Assembly: GCA_050287845.1 (NCBI GenBank)
Contig: JBNKCR010000060.1
Span: 1 to 32,473 of the forward strand
Source: Polyangia bacterium
GTDB taxonomy: Bacteria > Myxococcota_A > Polyangia > JAAYKL01
DNA: 32,473 bases
Reading direction: 5' to 3'
The notes below the pieces were generated by a model. It did not search any database and had not been told where the DNA came from. It was given only the letters and a program-made list of their open reading frames with translations. Below are positions 29,747 through 32,473 of this stretch, in pieces. A program made the translations under genes and the position numbers. Each line of letters opens with the position of its first letter. The first letter of the stretch is position 1.

Positions 29747-30001
29747 ATGAGTGTACATGTTTCAATAGATTTACCGGAATCCGTATTTTCGTCTCTCAAG
29801 CAGACTCCGGAGTCCTTCGTCACAGAAATGCGCGTGGCGGCGGCTGTCAAATGGTACGAAACCGGAATGGTTTCACAGTCCAAGGGGGCAGAAATAGCAG
29901 GACTCAGCAGACAGGAATTCATGGATGCCCTGGTTAAGTTCAAGGTCTCGCCATTTCAAACCACATCGGAAGAACTGACACAGGAATTTGCACGTGACTA
30001 A
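29747..30001 (+). CDS. UPF0175-family protein, putative antitoxin
   Basis: EMRVAAAVKWYETGMVSQSKGAEIAGLSRQEFMDAL; AAGGAG RBS; overlaps the PIN gene. Confidence 0.85.
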   Translation: MSVHVSIDLPESVFSSLKQTPESFVTEMRVAAAVKWYETGMVSQSKGAEIAGLSRQEFMDALVKFKVSPFQTTSEELTQEFARD

Positions 30002-30476
30002 GCTCTGGGTTGTAAATGCTTCTCCACTGATTGTTCTTGGAAAAATAAATCAAATCGATCTGCTGGTTCACGTCTCCGATACGATGGTCATTCCTCAGGG
30101 CGTCATCGATGAGATTAACATGGGGCCACAAAACGACCCCGCCAGGACGTGGATCGAAAACAGCGGCAATCAGTATGTCAGGGAAGCAATGCCCAATCCC
30201 ATCGTACAAAACTGGGATTTGGGAATGGGCGAAACACATGTCATCAGCTGGGCTCTCGCAAATCAAAACTACGAGGCGATCATTGATGACCTTGCCGCAA
30301 GAAAATGTGCTCAAACTCTGTCTGTTAAGGTATGCGGCACCCTTGGCGTTATTCTTCGGGCAAAAAAGGCCGGTGTTGTCGATAAAATTAAACCGCTTCT
30401 GACAGACCTGCTGAAAACAGGATTTCGCATCGCACCCGACCTCATGAATACTGCTTTAAATCTCGCTGGAGAATGA
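29994..30476 (+). CDS. DUF3368-family PIN-domain protein, putative toxin
   Basis: VVNASPLI, IPQGVIDEI, DLGMGETHVI, IIDDLAARKCA, GTLGVILRAKKAG. GTG start at 29994 overlaps the upstream stop. Confidence 0.88.
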   Translation: MTKLWVVNASPLIVLGKINQIDLLVHVSDTMVIPQGVIDEINMGPQNDPARTWIENSGNQYVREAMPNPIVQNWDLGMGETHVISWALANQNYEAIIDDLAARKCAQTLSVKVCGTLGVILRAKKAGVVDKIKPLLTDLLKTGFRIAPDLMNTALNLAGE

Positions 30477-30483
30477 CTCCCAC

Positions 30484-30510
30484 GCTGCCCGCGCCAAAGG
30501 CTCGGGCAGC
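30484..30510. terminator. GC-rich hairpin between convergent genes (terminator-like or element site)
   Basis: GCTGCCCG-C-GCC-AAA-GGC-T-CGGGCAGC: 8-bp plus 3-bp stem, 7 nt after the PIN gene stop. No U-tract. Confidence 0.45.
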
Positions 30511-30710
30511 TCCTGTTCCCTCCTCGGCGGGCAGTGCGCTCCGTTCGGCACATCCAATGTCATCCCGACACCTCCTTGAAAAATTCCAAGTCTGCAGATT
30601 TTCACAAGTTTGCATAGACGGACTACGGCGAGGATTTACAGTTGAACTAATTGGGAGCGTCCCCATCTCCTCCACGAAAACAGATTTCCGGCGGCAAAAA
30701 GCGTCAATCG

Positions 30711-31007
30711 CTATTCGTCATTTGGTTGGGTGGTTGGGGCGTTACACCAACTTTTAGCAATGCAAAGTGCTTCGTCGAGAACTGACAACAATGAAGATTC
30801 AGTGGCAAGAATCTTTCTCTTATCTCTTCGGTAATTCCACACTTGAACGGTTATGCAGTCGTCGACTTCCACCCATATTTGCGCTCGCCCAACTGAACCA
30901 ACCAATTCAAATGAACGTACTTCGACACCCTGATAGTTGGTCGATAATGGTATTCCGCTATGCAAAGACCATTTTTCAATAATAGGATCGATTTTACTGA
31001 AGTTCAT
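30711..31007 (-). CDS. Putative immunity protein for the Rhs toxin
   Basis: 98-aa AT-rich ORF with ATGA overlap with the Rhs stop codon; assignment is positional. Confidence 0.7.
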   Translation of the reverse strand: MNFSKIDPIIEKWSLHSGIPLSTNYQGVEVRSFELVGSVGRAQIWVEVDDCITVQVWNYRRDKRKILATESSLLSVLDEALCIAKSWCNAPTTQPNDE

Positions 31008-32344
31008 TTAAATGGGACCCCTGACCCAAAGCTCGAATTTGGTATCATTTCCAATAGTTGAAACTGCTCTGCTCCACCTCTATGACCAAAAGCGGGAAGC
31101 GCTCGGGACCGCTGGAGGCGAACACCTGCGGGCACGAAAACCTCTTGAACATAATTAGCTTGATTTCCTGGCGGTAAAGCAAGTGCTTCCCGTGCGTATG
31201 CGCTACTCCGAGGTTTAACTAAAGTGAGGAAACTACCACGAGTACTATCTCCAGAATATACACGATAATATGTCTTTTCTTGTTGCGTAACGAATGAAGT
31301 AATTTTTCCTCCTGCGTTTGGAACAGTATTTCCTGTCGTTAAAAGCCGCTGGCCCCTCCCCGCAGCGTCACCCATATACCCTACACTCGCTTCTTCTCGT
31401 ATTGCAGAACCGTACACTGTATGTGACACTCGAAAAGCGTTACCACCGATTTTCCCGGTCAAGGCTCTGACAGACGCCCTCACAACAGAAGTCCCAATAT
31501 TGCCCAATACGACAAAATCGATGGGGGAAGGTACTGATTGTATCGGCCCATCAAACCAATAGTCGCCTGAAATATCCGGACCAAAGTACTTTTGTAAAAG
31601 TTGCCGTTGACATTCCGTATACGCCTTAAAGGCTACCATTTCACCACTATTCTTGTCCAAATAATAGTAATTAAAACCCTTGTCGTCGTCACCCCACGGG
31701 GACTCAAAATGCCATCCATGCTCGCCTTGGCCGTCAGGTACACTACCGGCGTTGTATACATCTCTGGGCATAATTTCATCGGCCGCCTGTTCTCTAACGA
31801 GGTCTTGCGGCGTCCTCGGAGTCGACTCAATTGGCGCGTCGCCATTGCCGGTTAAGCTATTCCACCATTGTGAAATCCAACCAAACAATCCCACCTGTCC
31901 CAACACATCCACATCATTCAACGGATTGTTTGCCAAGAAGCTATAAAGCTGCAATCCGCCTTCTTCACCCATTGGGTCTCGGTTTAACCAACGCCCCAGC
32001 TGCGGTCCATACAGCCGGTACCCGTAGTCATAAACCCCAAGCTCCGGAATAAAATACTTCGTGCTAAACCGATAAGCATTCTCCCCCGCCATCACACCAT
32101 CAGCCACAATCTCCCCCCCAAACGCATCATATTCATACCTTGCGGCGATGCTGTCATCACTCCCATCCACCAGCTGCCCCACATTTCCGTTCGCATCATA
32201 CGCATAATAATACGTCGTACCCGCATCCCCATCCATCATTGCGACGAGTCCACCGACGCCACCGGCGCCCTGCGTGCTCTGACTCAAGTCCAGACCCCAG
32301 GCGTAGTACTTTGTGTCAGTGACGTTGTCGGTCGCATCCAGCAC
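31004..32344 (-). CDS. Rhs-repeat-associated core fragment with C-terminal polymorphic toxin domain (orphan Rhs tip)
   Basis: WGLDLSQSTQGAGGVGGL, YYYAYDANGNV, YEYDAFG, YRFSTKY, GRWLNRDPMGEEGG, NPLNDVDVLG (PxxxxDxxG boundary). The frame stays open upstream to 32473, but those 43 codons are not Rhs-like. Confidence 0.9.
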   Translation of the reverse strand: MLDATDNVTDTKYYAWGLDLSQSTQGAGGVGGLVAMMDGDAGTTYYYAYDANGNVGQLVDGSDDSIAARYEYDAFGGEIVADGVMAGENAYRFSTKYFIPELGVYDYGYRLYGPQLGRWLNRDPMGEEGGLQLYSFLANNPLNDVDVLGQVGLFGWISQWWNSLTGNGDAPIESTPRTPQDLVREQAADEIMPRDVYNAGSVPDGQGEHGWHFESPWGDDDKGFNYYYLDKNSGEMVAFKAYTECQRQLLQKYFGPDISGDYWFDGPIQSVPSPIDFVVLGNIGTSVVRASVRALTGKIGGNAFRVSHTVYGSAIREEASVGYMGDAAGRGQRLLTTGNTVPNAGGKITSFVTQQEKTYYRVYSGDSTRGSFLTLVKPRSSAYAREALALPPGNQANYVQEVFVPAGVRLQRSRALPAFGHRGGAEQFQLLEMIPNSSFGSGVPFK

Positions 32345-32473
32345 TTTTTCCCGAATACAGGTTCCTGCACGGGTTTTTGCCCCAAAAAGCGACTTTGCCG
32401 ACGCGGGTTTTTCGGCGACTGGCGGATTTGTCCCGGTGCGGTTTTGGGGAAAATCTGAGAATTTCCCGGTGCG

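Larger units (their letters stand above)
28548..32473. mobile_element. Remnant of an Rhs/primase/XRE-type integrative element, continuing beyond the right window edge
   Basis: Gene set of CHC2 primase relic, small ORF, divergent XRE, toxin-antitoxin pair, Rhs tip and immunity gene; abrupt change from CAZyme content. No integrase in the window. Confidence 0.6.

Noticed and set aside
30473..30757. 94-aa ORF after the PIN gene
   Set aside because: Runs through the GC hairpin, overlaps the convergent immunity gene and has no recognisable features.

Overview
Bacterial DNA, probably an uncultured Deltaproteobacteria/Myxococcota-like organism (inferred from Asp-Ser/Thr-stalked lipoproteins, a MYXO-CTERM-like tail and sigma/FecR-TPR pairs). 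About 28 kb is a polysaccharide-degradation locus with no SusC/SusD or TonB-dependent receptor in the window. It is built from three divergent units. On the minus strand are secreted or lipoprotein hydrolases, each on a long D-S/T repeat stalk (GH5, two circularly permuted GH16, GH141-like beta-helix, GH27, GH43-CBM6, CHAP, GH43, GH59). On the plus strand are three regulatory cassettes (ECF sigma plus zinc-binding/TM/FecR/TPR anti-sigma), each with a carbohydrate-fold partner gene. Two of the partners are GH62-like proteins that share the same substitutions at canonical active-site motifs, including the general-acid Glu to Asp, which makes them candidate pseudoenzyme glycan sensors. The last ~4 kb is the decayed edge of an Rhs-associated mobile element: disrupted CHC2 primase, XRE regulator, UPF0175/DUF3368 toxin-antitoxin pair, and an orphan Rhs toxin tip with a candidate immunity gene. 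All family assignments come from motif recognition by eye; no database search was run.
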